Source: an uncultured bacterium (GTDB lineage: Bacteria > Latescibacterota > MWCZ01). From it: DNA of 36,252 nucleotides. The notes below the pieces were generated by a model. It searched no databases, was not told the origin of the DNA, and worked only from the letters and a program-made list of their open reading frames with translations. Within the stretch, counting starts at the first letter, position 1; each line of letters opens with the position of its first letter. The DNA is taken from the NCBI GenBank assembly GCA_964606675.1, contig CAZSJP010000001.1, positions 1-36,252 of the forward strand, read 5' to 3'. A program made the translations under genes and the position numbers. Below are positions 9,667-18,226 of the stretch, piece after piece.

Positions 9667-9938
9667 CGATGACCTCGATCTTGTTCGGTCTGTTCGCACG
9701 CCGGCATCGCCAGCCGAGCGTGCGATTGGGCAGGAACGCTCTTCGGGAGGGCTGCGGGACAGCCACTCGCACGGTCACGACAACATGACCGTAAAAATGA
9801 AAAATACGACCGATCCGTACACGGGGGCAACGAAGGTAGGGAGAAGTCGTTCCGCTTGGCTCCGCTCGCCAAGCGAGGTACCATCTCCGTCGACGAGCTG
9901 CAACGCAGAGCGGCCACGGGTGAGAAGCGGAGTGGGCA

Positions 9939-10625
9939 ATGCTGGTCCTGGGTATCGATACGGCCTCAACCGGGCTTGGCGTGGCGATTGCCGGCCCGGA
10001 TGGGCTGATCGCCGAGACGACGCTCCAAACAGGTCTGCGTCATTCGAGCAACTTGCTGCCGATCGTCGACCGGACGCTTACAACCGCGGGCTACACCATC
10101 GGCGACGTCGAGGCCGTGGCCGTGACGATGGGCCCGGGAAGTTTCACCGCCGTCAGAATCGGGCTCAACACCGCCAAAGGAATCTGCCTGGGGCGCGATC
10201 TGCCGCTGGTGGGGCTTTCGACGCTTGCCGCCATGGCCGCGAGGTTCCCGTCGCCAGGTGGCGAGGCGATGCCCGTCATCCCATGGCTCGACGCCAGAAG
10301 GCGCGAGGTCTACGCCGGCTACTACGACACTTCCGGTAGCCATCCGCGGGCAATCGAGCCTGACGTGGCCACGTCTCCGACCGAGTGGCTCGACGGCCAC
10401 CCCGGCCCCGGCTTGTTCGTCGGCGACGGCGCCGTAGCCTATCGCCAACAGATTACCGATCGCCTTGGAGCCGAAGCCGTTGTCGCTCCGTTGTGGGCGG
10501 CATGCACGTCGGCGGCTGCGTGCTCGGTATGGGGTCGAGAACTCGCGCTGGACGGCGTAACGACGGACCCCGACGAAGTGGCTCCTATGTACCTACGTCG
10601 ACCGCAAGCTTTCGACTCGCGCTGA
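9939..10625 (+). CDS. tsaB: tRNA threonylcarbamoyladenosine (t6A) biosynthesis protein TsaB
   Basis: MLVLGIDTASTGLGVAIAG...VAVTMGPGSFTAVRIGLNTAKG is the typical TsaB/YeaZ N-terminal ASKHA signature. GGAG lies 6 nt upstream of the ATG. rimI is nearby, as in many genomes. Confidence 0.9.
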   Translation: MLVLGIDTASTGLGVAIAGPDGLIAETTLQTGLRHSSNLLPIVDRTLTTAGYTIGDVEAVAVTMGPGSFTAVRIGLNTAKGICLGRDLPLVGLSTLAAMAARFPSPGGEAMPVIPWLDARRREVYAGYYDTSGSHPRAIEPDVATSPTEWLDGHPGPGLFVGDGAVAYRQQITDRLGAEAVVAPLWAACTSAAACSVWGRELALDGVTTDPDEVAPMYLRRPQAFDSR

Positions 10626-10720
10626 GGCCGAGTTTCGGCCTGGTTCGGACGAGAGAGACTTCCCAACGCCCCTCTTCCGGCGGTATATTCAAAGCCATCG
10701 AGCAGGCGAGGCGGTGCGTA

Positions 10721-11680
10721 GTGGCAAGCGTTGCATATGTGTCCCATCCCGACTACGAACTGCACGTTCAGGGGCCGATGCACCCTGAACGTCCGGAGCG
10801 CGTGACGGCGATCAACAGCCATCTCGAAACAACCGATCTGTGGTCCCGCCTGCATCCTGTCACTCCGGAACCCGCACCGATCGAGACTATCGAATCCGTC
10901 CACGACCCGGCGTACGTCGAGGCACTGGCCGAGACGTGCGAACGTTCCGGCGGCGGGCTGCTCGTCGATGGTCGCGAGACCGGCATAGTGCCCAAGTCGT
11001 TCAACGTGGCACGGCTGGCCGTCGGCGCCGCTACGGCCTCGGTGGACTCGGTCATGAACGGCAATGCGAGCCGCGCGTTCAGCGCCGTTCGTCCGCCGGG
11101 GCACCATGCGGTGCGCGGCGGCGCGATGGGGTTCTGTCTCTTCAACAACGTCGCTATCGGCGCGCGGTATGCGCAACGACAATACGGCATCGAGCGGATC
11201 GCCATAGTCGACTGGGACTTCCACCACGGCAACGGAACGCAAGAGGCGTTCTGGCGCGATCCGGACGTGCTATTCTGCAGCGCTCACTATTCGCCGGCGG
11301 CGCCGATGGCGTACCCGGGCACCGGGTATTGGCACGAGCGGGGCGAGGGCAAGGGCGAGGGGCTGACGGTCAACCTTCCGCTGCCACCCCATACCTCCGG
11401 ACCAGAATACGTTCGGGCCTTCGACGAGGCGCTTGTGCCGGCCATCGAGAGCTTCCAACCGGAGATGATCTTCATATCCGCCGGCTTCGATGCTCACCGC
11501 GACGATCCGCTCTCGCGCATGTTCCTCGATGAAGCCGATTTCGGTAAGCTCACAGAGCGCGTCGACGTGCTGGCCGATAGATTCGCCGATGGTCGAGTCG
11601 TGTCCGTGCTTGAGGGTGGCTACAACGCGGCAGCCACGGCACGGTCCGTCGAGCACCACATTCGCGCTCTGATAGGGTGA
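10721..11680 (+). CDS. histone deacetylase-family (class II HDAC/AcuC-like) deacetylase
   Basis: HPERPERV, RPPGHHA, DWDFHHGNGTQ and the EGGY motifs of the arginase/HDAC superfamily are present. I start it at GTG 10721 (VASVAYVSHPDYE...). The track ORF start at 10385 would overlap tsaB with an Arg-rich, non-protein-like extension. Confidence 0.88.
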   Translation: MASVAYVSHPDYELHVQGPMHPERPERVTAINSHLETTDLWSRLHPVTPEPAPIETIESVHDPAYVEALAETCERSGGGLLVDGRETGIVPKSFNVARLAVGAATASVDSVMNGNASRAFSAVRPPGHHAVRGGAMGFCLFNNVAIGARYAQRQYGIERIAIVDWDFHHGNGTQEAFWRDPDVLFCSAHYSPAAPMAYPGTGYWHERGEGKGEGLTVNLPLPPHTSGPEYVRAFDEALVPAIESFQPEMIFISAGFDAHRDDPLSRMFLDEADFGKLTERVDVLADRFADGRVVSVLEGGYNAAATARSVEHHIRALIG

Positions 11681-12192
11681 TGGACGGGTTGCACGTGCGG
11701 CCGGCCGAGGCCCCCGACGTGTTGCCCATCGTCGCGATGGAGGCCGAGTCGTTTCCGGCGCCGTGGTCGGATACGCAGATCGCGCCGTATGTCGGCACAC
11801 AACAACCTGCCGCGCTGGTCGCGGTTCTCTGCGGCTCTTCGTGTGGGTACCTGCTGTGCAGACTCGTGCTCGACGAAGCTGAGATCGACCGCGTCGGTGT
11901 CGATCCCGGCAACCGACGACGTGGCATCGGCCGTGCGTTGCTCCATCGGTGCCTTCACGACCTGGAGGAACGTGGCGTGAAGCGCGTCTGGCTGGAAGTG
12001 GCGTCTTCGAACGCCCCTGCGATCGGGCTGTATGAGAGCTTAGGGTTCGAGGCCGTCGACACTCGGCGCGGGTACTACGGCGCACCGTCGGGCCTTGGCC
12101 GGGGAAGCGCTCGTCAAGCGGCGGTTGCCCCGGAGGATGCACTGATGATGCGGCTTGCTCTGCAGCGACAGACGGAGACCCTACCCGCATGA
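11677..12192 (+). CDS. rimI: ribosomal-protein-alanine N-acetyltransferase (GNAT)
   Basis: GNAT motif A (VDPGNRRRGIGRALL) and RimI-like N-terminus (IVAMEAESFPAPWS). The start (GTG 11677 or ATG 11680) overlaps the deacetylase stop TGA at 11678-11680. Confidence 0.85.
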   Translation: MMDGLHVRPAEAPDVLPIVAMEAESFPAPWSDTQIAPYVGTQQPAALVAVLCGSSCGYLLCRLVLDEAEIDRVGVDPGNRRRGIGRALLHRCLHDLEERGVKRVWLEVASSNAPAIGLYESLGFEAVDTRRGYYGAPSGLGRGSARQAAVAPEDALMMRLALQRQTETLPA

Positions 12193-13046
12193 GACCCCGC
12201 TCGGAGACAGCCGAATGGCTGCGCGCCCAAGGAGTAGCGCATATAGCGGGGGTCGTCGTGCTGGGGAGCGGATGGGCGCCGCTGGCGGACCGTGTCGATG
12301 TGCTTGGCCGGTGGGCCTGTTCGGATGTGCCGGGTGCCTCCGCGACGTCCGTGGCAGGTCATCCGGGAGAGATCGTTTGGGGTAGATGGTGCGGGACTCC
12401 CGTGCTTCTCTTCGTCGGACGATGGCACGGATATGAGGGCTGCACGGCACAGGAAGTCGTTTTGCCCGTCAACGTTGCCGTGGACCTCGGCAGCGAATGG
12501 CTTCTCTGCACCAACGCCGCAGGAGCCGTATCGCCGTTGGTAGACGTGGGCCAACTCGTCGCCATCACGGACGATCTGGAGACATCCAGTTCGAGCTGCC
12601 TCGAAGCGCTGCGTTGTAACGGCGGCCCGTCCGATCGGCTTGCGGCCCGAGACGAGCTCGCGATAGGACGCCCGACCTATTCGCCCCGACTGCTCGCGGC
12701 CTTGTCGGAGGCCGCCACCGAGGCGAACGTTCACTTGGGCAGGGGCGTTCTGGCCATGATGACCGGACCCAACTACGAGACGCCCGCCGAGGTCCGTATG
12801 TTGCTTCGGACGGGTGCCACGGTTGTCAGCATGTCTACCGTGCCGGAAGCCAGGTACGCCGTTCGCCTCGGATTGGACGTGGCGGCGATTTCGTGCGTGA
12901 CGAACCGAGCGCCGACCTACCCAGGGGCACACGTGACACACGAGGAAGTGCTGGTGGCATGTCGACGGGCGCAGGGCGACGCCGCGGCACTCATGGAGAA
13001 ATGGATGAGGCACGATCTCGTTGCACGGGCGCATGGCGCGCCCTGA
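12189..13046 (+). CDS. punA: purine nucleoside phosphorylase (trimeric PNP/MTAP family)
   Basis: GHPGEIVWG, FVGRWHGYEG, LCTNAAGAV and MMTGPNYETPAEVRMLLRTGATVVSMSTVPE are PNP-family blocks. The ATG overlaps the rimI stop (ATGA at 12189-12192). Confidence 0.85.
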   Translation: MRPRSETAEWLRAQGVAHIAGVVVLGSGWAPLADRVDVLGRWACSDVPGASATSVAGHPGEIVWGRWCGTPVLLFVGRWHGYEGCTAQEVVLPVNVAVDLGSEWLLCTNAAGAVSPLVDVGQLVAITDDLETSSSSCLEALRCNGGPSDRLAARDELAIGRPTYSPRLLAALSEAATEANVHLGRGVLAMMTGPNYETPAEVRMLLRTGATVVSMSTVPEARYAVRLGLDVAAISCVTNRAPTYPGAHVTHEEVLVACRRAQGDAAALMEKWMRHDLVARAHGAP

Positions 13047-13187
13047 ACGCACCCGACGGAACGATGTTACCCGCTTGCGCCGATTCGCGTGCCTGGGCGT
13101 GAGCGTGTCGACCCTGACGAACGGGTGCCGGCATCCGGAGAGACAGTGCGCCTGTCACCGCAAGCGAGCACCAAGCTGAAGAGGTAG

Positions 13188-14066
13188 ATGATGAGCTGGT
13201 TCGACAAATGGAAGACAGGCCTTGGCTTCGAACCCAAGAAGCCTGTGCCGGACGGCGTCTGGGTCAAGTGCGAAGGCGTGGGAGCCGACGCCCACCTCGG
13301 CTGCGGCACATCGCTGTTCCGCAAAGAGTTGGACGCCTCTATGTGGGTGTGCACGCTCTGCGGGTTCCATCTGCGCGTCCGTACCGACTCCTATTTCGAT
13401 TACATTCTCGACGGCGGCGGGTACGAAAGTCTGTTCGACAACATCGGCTCAGCCGATCCGCTCAAGTTCAAGGCCGATGGAAAGCGCTACGCCGACCAGA
13501 TCAGGAGCGATGCGAAGAAGACCAGTCGCAAATGCGCGTTCATGGCGGCTCAGGGCTACCTGAACGGACGTCCGATCGCGATAGGGGCGATGGATTTCTC
13601 GTTCCGCGGAGGGAGCCTCGGCTCGGCCGAGGGCGAGAAGATGTGCCGGTTGATCGGGCTGGCGGAAGAGAAACGGTGGCCTCTGGTCATCGTGAGCCAG
13701 TCCGGTGGCGCCCGCATGCAGGAAGCGGCACAGTCTCTGATGCAGATGGCCAAGACGAGCGCGCGCCTGGCGCAATACGCTCAAGCCGGGCTGCCGTACA
13801 TCAGCGTCCTGACCAGCCCCACAACGGGCGGCGTCACCGCCAGTTTCGCCATGCTTGGCGACATCATCATCGCAGAGCCGAAAGCGCTGATCGGTTTCGC
13901 GGGCGCTCGGGTTCGCGACACGATCAAAGAGGAACTTCCGGAGGGGTTCCAGCGCTCTGAGTTCCTAATGGAGCACGGATTCGTCGACATGGTTGTCGAC
14001 CGCAGGCAGTTGCGGGACCAGATCGACCGCATCATCCGGTTGCTGCTGCCTGTGCCGCAGCCCTGA
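13188..14066 (+). CDS. accD: acetyl-CoA carboxylase carboxyltransferase beta subunit
   Basis: MSWFDKW N-terminus, an N-terminal Cys4 zinc ribbon, and carboxyltransferase blocks (MDFSFRGGSLGSAEGEK, SGGARMQE, GFAGARV). Confidence 0.92.
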   Translation: MMSWFDKWKTGLGFEPKKPVPDGVWVKCEGVGADAHLGCGTSLFRKELDASMWVCTLCGFHLRVRTDSYFDYILDGGGYESLFDNIGSADPLKFKADGKRYADQIRSDAKKTSRKCAFMAAQGYLNGRPIAIGAMDFSFRGGSLGSAEGEKMCRLIGLAEEKRWPLVIVSQSGGARMQEAAQSLMQMAKTSARLAQYAQAGLPYISVLTSPTTGGVTASFAMLGDIIIAEPKALIGFAGARVRDTIKEELPEGFQRSEFLMEHGFVDMVVDRRQLRDQIDRIIRLLLPVPQP

Positions 14067-14119
14067 GGCCCTAGGATCGATCTCCAGTCGAGAACCGGAC
14101 GTGAGGAAAGGAACGTGTC

Positions 14120-14857
14120 ATGCAGAGACGAACCTCGCTCGCCATAGCCGCGCTTTCGGTGGCACTCGTCGGCGCTGCAAGCCTGTTCGGTCAGGGTTGC
14201 GCGTCTTCCACCGGGCCCGAAGCGGCCAGCGACTACTTCCCGATCGTCGTGGGCAACTCCTGGGTCTACTCGGCACCGGACGGCAGCCTCGACACCGCCG
14301 AAGTGAAACGCGCGCTCACTGTTGACGGCAAGACCTATTACGAGATCACCAACATCGGCAGCGAACTCGGGCTCTCGAAGTTCCGTCCAGCCGATGACGG
14401 CGTTCACGTGTACATCGCCGACATCGCGGACGTGCTCGCCTTCGCAATCGCTTCCCAACTCTCGGCTCAGTTGGGTGCCCAGATCGCCGAAATAACCGCC
14501 GCTGCCGACTCGGAATGGGTGTTGCTCAGCTATCCGATGAAGGAAGGCGACGAGTGGACGGTCGGAGGCATGTCTATCGACGCGACGGTACTATATCTCG
14601 GCTCACCCCTGGGCGCGACCTTCAGCATCAGCATCACTGCAAAAGCCGAGGCCACCGAATCCATCGCTACGGCGGCCGGATCGTTCGAGGCTATCAAGGT
14701 CGCATGGACGATCGCGGTCGTGGGCACACTCGGCGAAGCATTCGCCATCGATGAGGCGCTTCCCGGCGGGTCGTTCTGGTTCGCCAGGGGTGTCGGAATG
14801 GTCCAGTCCGATTTCGGCGAACAGGTCTCTACGCTCGTATCGGTCGATCTGAAATAG
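14120..14857 (+). CDS. hypothetical secreted protein or lipoprotein
   Basis: The signal-like N-terminus MQRRTSLAIAALSVALVGAASLFGQGCASS has a Cys after the h-region. Composition is protein-like and no family is recognised. Confidence 0.65.
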   Translation: MQRRTSLAIAALSVALVGAASLFGQGCASSTGPEAASDYFPIVVGNSWVYSAPDGSLDTAEVKRALTVDGKTYYEITNIGSELGLSKFRPADDGVHVYIADIADVLAFAIASQLSAQLGAQIAEITAAADSEWVLLSYPMKEGDEWTVGGMSIDATVLYLGSPLGATFSISITAKAEATESIATAAGSFEAIKVAWTIAVVGTLGEAFAIDEALPGGSFWFARGVGMVQSDFGEQVSTLVSVDLK

Positions 14858-14886
14858 GGGTTCGCCGCGCCGAAACCGCGAGATCG

Positions 14887-14915
14887 TTGCCGGATGCTCC
14901 GGCACGCCCTATTAT
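14887..14915 (+). promoter_or_regulatory. candidate sigma70-type promoter (TTGCCG-17 nt-TATTAT) upstream of the ABC ATPase gene
   Basis: TTGCCG at 14887-14892 and TATTAT at 14910-14915 with a 17-nt spacer, in the only AT-rich patch of this intergenic region. The spacer contains a GCCGGA/TCCGGC hairpin that could instead terminate the upstream gene. Confidence 0.3.
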
Positions 14916-15023
14916 TATTGCTCACCCTGGACGACTGGTGTGTATGCCGGGCCTACTAAGGTTCCAGGCCTATCGCCGGCTTGGCCGAACAGGCGAACGA
15001 ATCGGTGTCGAGAGGTTCATTCG

Positions 15024-16118
15024 ATGGCTGAAGTCAATCTGAAAGCGGTTACGAAAGTTTTCGACGGCGACGTAGTGGCCGTGAAGAACGCGGATCTCAA
15101 GGTCGAAGACAAAGAATTCGTCGTGCTGGTCGGGCCTTCCGGGTGCGGCAAGTCGACCACGCTCAGGATGATTGCCGGACTGGAGGAGATCACCGACGGC
15201 GAGATTCACATCGATGGTCGCTTGGTGAACGACGTACCTCCGAAGAATCGCGACATCGCAATGGTGTTCCAGAACTATGCGCTGTACCCGCACATGAGCG
15301 TGTACGACAACATGGCTTTCGGATTGAAGTTGCGCAAGTACCCGAAGGAAGAGATCGAGAGCCGCGTTCGCGACGCGGCCCGTATCCTCGGGATCGACGA
15401 GCTTCTGGAGAGGAAGCCGAAAGCGCTCTCCGGCGGCCAACGGCAGAGAGTGGCGGTCGGGCGCGCCATCGTGCGGCAGCCCAAAGTGTTTCTCTTCGAC
15501 GAGCCCCTGTCCAACCTCGACGCGAAGTTCCGCGTTGCCATGCGCACCGAGATCTCCAAGCTCCATACGCAGCTTGAAGCGACGATGATCTACGTGACGC
15601 ACGACCAGGTCGAGGCCATGACGATGGGCGACAGGATCGTCGTCATGAACGACGGCGAGATCCAGCAGGTCGACGCACCGATAGACGTGTACGAGCATCC
15701 GGTGAACAGGTTCGTCGCGGGTTTCATCGGCTCTCCGGCCATGAACTTCTTCAAGGGCCGCATCGTCGCCGAGGATGGCATGTTGTTCGACGACGGCGCC
15801 GCGCGGATATCTCTGCCGGAGGAGATGACCGAGAAGGTAGAACCCTACGTAGGCAAGGGCATCACGCTCGGCTTCCGGCCCGAAACGGTCGACACGTCGG
15901 GCGCGGAAGCTTCGGCCAACGGAGGGCCGAGCTTCGAGGCGGAGGTAGAGCTTGTAGAGCCGATGGGCAGCGAGACCTATATCCATCTCAGCACCGGAAC
16001 GCATTCTCTCATCGTAAGAGCCGATGCTCACACGTTGCCCGGCCTCGGCGAGTGGCTGACTCTACGCATGGACCCGGAACGCATCCACTTTTTCGAGCCG
16101 GACGGCGCCGCCATCTGA
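15024..16118 (+). CDS. sugar-type ABC transporter ATP-binding protein (MalK/UgpC/MsiK-like)
   Basis: Walker A GPSGCGKST, signature LSGGQRQR, Walker B FLFDEPLSNLD, H-loop VTHDQ, and a C-terminal TOBE-like regulatory domain. The ATG at 15024 (MAEVNLKAVTKVF) is preceded by GAGAGG. Confidence 0.9.
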   Translation: MAEVNLKAVTKVFDGDVVAVKNADLKVEDKEFVVLVGPSGCGKSTTLRMIAGLEEITDGEIHIDGRLVNDVPPKNRDIAMVFQNYALYPHMSVYDNMAFGLKLRKYPKEEIESRVRDAARILGIDELLERKPKALSGGQRQRVAVGRAIVRQPKVFLFDEPLSNLDAKFRVAMRTEISKLHTQLEATMIYVTHDQVEAMTMGDRIVVMNDGEIQQVDAPIDVYEHPVNRFVAGFIGSPAMNFFKGRIVAEDGMLFDDGAARISLPEEMTEKVEPYVGKGITLGFRPETVDTSGAEASANGGPSFEAEVELVEPMGSETYIHLSTGTHSLIVRADAHTLPGLGEWLTLRMDPERIHFFEPDGAAI

Positions 16119-16269
16119 CGTCGCCGGGCCCCGAGTAACCCACCTGATTGCCCGTCGTTACGCGGGAACAACTGGCTGCGGCCCTTCGCAACCGGTCCAA
16201 CGCCCCTTACATTTGGTGTTGCGGGCCAGGGCGCTTGCTAGTCCCCGTCACGTTGGATGCCGATCTACC

Positions 16270-17391
16270 ATGCCTGACCACCGAGCGGTTGTTCAGCAGC
16301 TTCTCCACGCGTACCGAAAGGGCCGGCTCGGGCACGCCCTGTTGTTGACGGGCGGTGGCGGTTTCGGCGCGTACGACGTCGCTATCTCGCTCGCGCAGGT
16401 GCTGATCTGCCCTGATGCCACAGACGCGTCTCACTCGGCGGATTGCTCGATATGTTCGCGGGTTCGCGGGTTCGGACATCCTGATTTCCTGGGCATCGCG
16501 CCGCTGCCGACGCTCTCGGAACGTCGTCGAAGCGGGAACACCGATGGATCGGACCCCGTGTCCGAGGCTCTGGCGAAGGATCCGTACGCGCCGCTTGCGG
16601 TGGGCGCGAATTGGGGAATCACTGCCGATCAGGCCCGCGAAGTGATCCGCTGGACCTCGATGACCTCGTGGGAGAGTCCGTCGAAAGTCGTGCTCATCGC
16701 CGAGGCCGATCGCGTCACCGAGCCCACCGGCGACATCTTGCTGAAAACGCTCGAAGAGCCGCCGCAAGACGTAACGATCATACTCGTGACGGCCCGGCCG
16801 CAGGATCTACTGCCGACGGTGCGCTCCCGATGCCACGAGACACGGGTGCCGCCACTCGGCGCCGAGCGGATCGCCGAACTGTTAACCGAACGCGGCATCG
16901 GAGATGACGGGCCGACGACCGAAAGCTTGCTGGCCCGGGCGGATGGGGATTTTTGGCGCGCCTGTGCATTGGTGGGTGGCGACGCAGATCAGCTGCGCGG
17001 CGCAGCGGCAGACTTGATAGCAGTCGCGCTAGATCCGGCTCGGACCTCGGCGGACGTGATGGTTGCGACGCGAAAGGCGACCGACAACGCAACGTCGGGG
17101 CAGACGAGCGAATTGGTGCGCTGGATCGTCTGGTGGCTGCGGGATCTGCTGCTGGCGCAGGTGGAGCGGTCGGACGACGCGGCGATGGACAAGCTGGCCC
17201 CGATGGCCGACAGGATGGGACGCGAGCGACTCGGACAGTGGCTCGAGGAAGCTGACAGAGCATATGAGATGCTGGGGCGTAACATAACGCCACCGGCTGT
17301 ACTTGCGACGCTAATGCTGTTTCCGCGCGACCAGCGCTTTCTCGGCGGCGTCGTGGCGTTTCCGCCTCTCGATCTGGCGGTCTCGGGATAG
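16270..17391 (+). CDS. holB: DNA polymerase III delta' subunit
   Basis: GRLGHALLLTG, CSICSRVRGFGHPDF, VVLIAEADRV and LLKTLEEPP...LPTVRSRC are typical clamp-loader delta' blocks. The holB-PSP1-metG gene order is widely conserved. Confidence 0.85.
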   Translation: MPDHRAVVQQLLHAYRKGRLGHALLLTGGGGFGAYDVAISLAQVLICPDATDASHSADCSICSRVRGFGHPDFLGIAPLPTLSERRRSGNTDGSDPVSEALAKDPYAPLAVGANWGITADQAREVIRWTSMTSWESPSKVVLIAEADRVTEPTGDILLKTLEEPPQDVTIILVTARPQDLLPTVRSRCHETRVPPLGAERIAELLTERGIGDDGPTTESLLARADGDFWRACALVGGDADQLRGAAADLIAVALDPARTSADVMVATRKATDNATSGQTSELVRWIVWWLRDLLLAQVERSDDAAMDKLAPMADRMGRERLGQWLEEADRAYEMLGRNITPPAVLATLMLFPRDQRFLGGVVAFPPLDLAVSG

Positions 17392-17410
17392 ATACGAAGG
17401 AACGACGACC

Positions 17411-18226
17411 ATGGTTGACGAATCCGAAGATGCTGCGATAGAAGAAGGCGCGAACGCTGAGGCCACCGAAAAGGCCGAGACCACTGAGATCGATGAAACC
17501 ATAGAGGCCGACGAGAGTGCTGACGGACCGTGCCAGAAATGTCCGGATGGCGACGACCTGGGCCTTGTCGAGGTGCTCTTCAAGGGCAACCGTCGGGCGG
17601 TATTCGCCAACACGGGCGGCGTCGAGACGGCCGGACGCCGCCACGTCATCGTCGAAGCCGACAAGGGTGAAGACATCGGGCGCATAGGGCTTGTTGGTTG
17701 TTGCGAGAACAAGAAGCAGAAAGGCAAGCGCAAGAAGATTCTCAGGTTGGCTTCCGACCAGGAAATCGAGCGCAGGAAGCAGTTGCACCCGCGCGAAGTC
17801 GAAGCGCTGGCCGATTTCAGGGCCCGGATAGTCCGCAGAGAGATGCCGATGAAAGCGGTCGACGTCGAGTACCAGCTCGACGGGAAGAAGATATGCTTCT
17901 ACTTCACCGCCGACCATCGAGTGGACTTCCGCGAGCTTGTCAGGGAACTGGCGTCGGTGTATCGAACGCGGATCGAGCTGAGACAAATCGGCGTGCGAGA
18001 CGAAGCCAGGCATCTCGGTGGCGTCGGCCCCTGCGGGCGAGAGCTCTGCTGCGAGAAGTTCATCGCTGAGTTTGCGCCGATATCCACACAAATGGCTCGC
18101 GACCAGAATCTTTCGCTGAACCCGTCGAAACTCTCGGGGTTGTGTGGAAGACTGAAATGCTGCCTCAGGTTCGAGCACGACTTCTACCGCGGCGTGCGTG
18201 CGAGATGTCCGAATGCTAGGCGATAG
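17411..18226 (+). CDS. ricT: PSP1 domain protein (RicT/YaaT family), apparently truncated by a frame change near 18215
   Basis: PSP1 C-terminal domain blocks: KICFYFTADHRVDFRELVRELASVYRTRIELRQIGVRDEA and GPCGRELCCEKF...CGRLKCCLRFE. Confidence 0.85.
   Translation: MVDESEDAAIEEGANAEATEKAETTEIDETIEADESADGPCQKCPDGDDLGLVEVLFKGNRRAVFANTGGVETAGRRHVIVEADKGEDIGRIGLVGCCENKKQKGKRKKILRLASDQEIERRKQLHPREVEALADFRARIVRREMPMKAVDVEYQLDGKKICFYFTADHRVDFRELVRELASVYRTRIELRQIGVRDEARHLGGVGPCGRELCCEKFIAEFAPISTQMARDQNLSLNPSKLSGLCGRLKCCLRFEHDFYRGVRARCPNARR

Noticed and set aside
10385-10720. 5' extension of the deacetylase ORF to the track start at 10385
   Set aside because: It would overlap tsaB by 240 nt, and the extension (MARRPPRPRLVRRRRRRS...) is not protein-like. 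GTG 10721 is followed directly by the conserved N-terminus.
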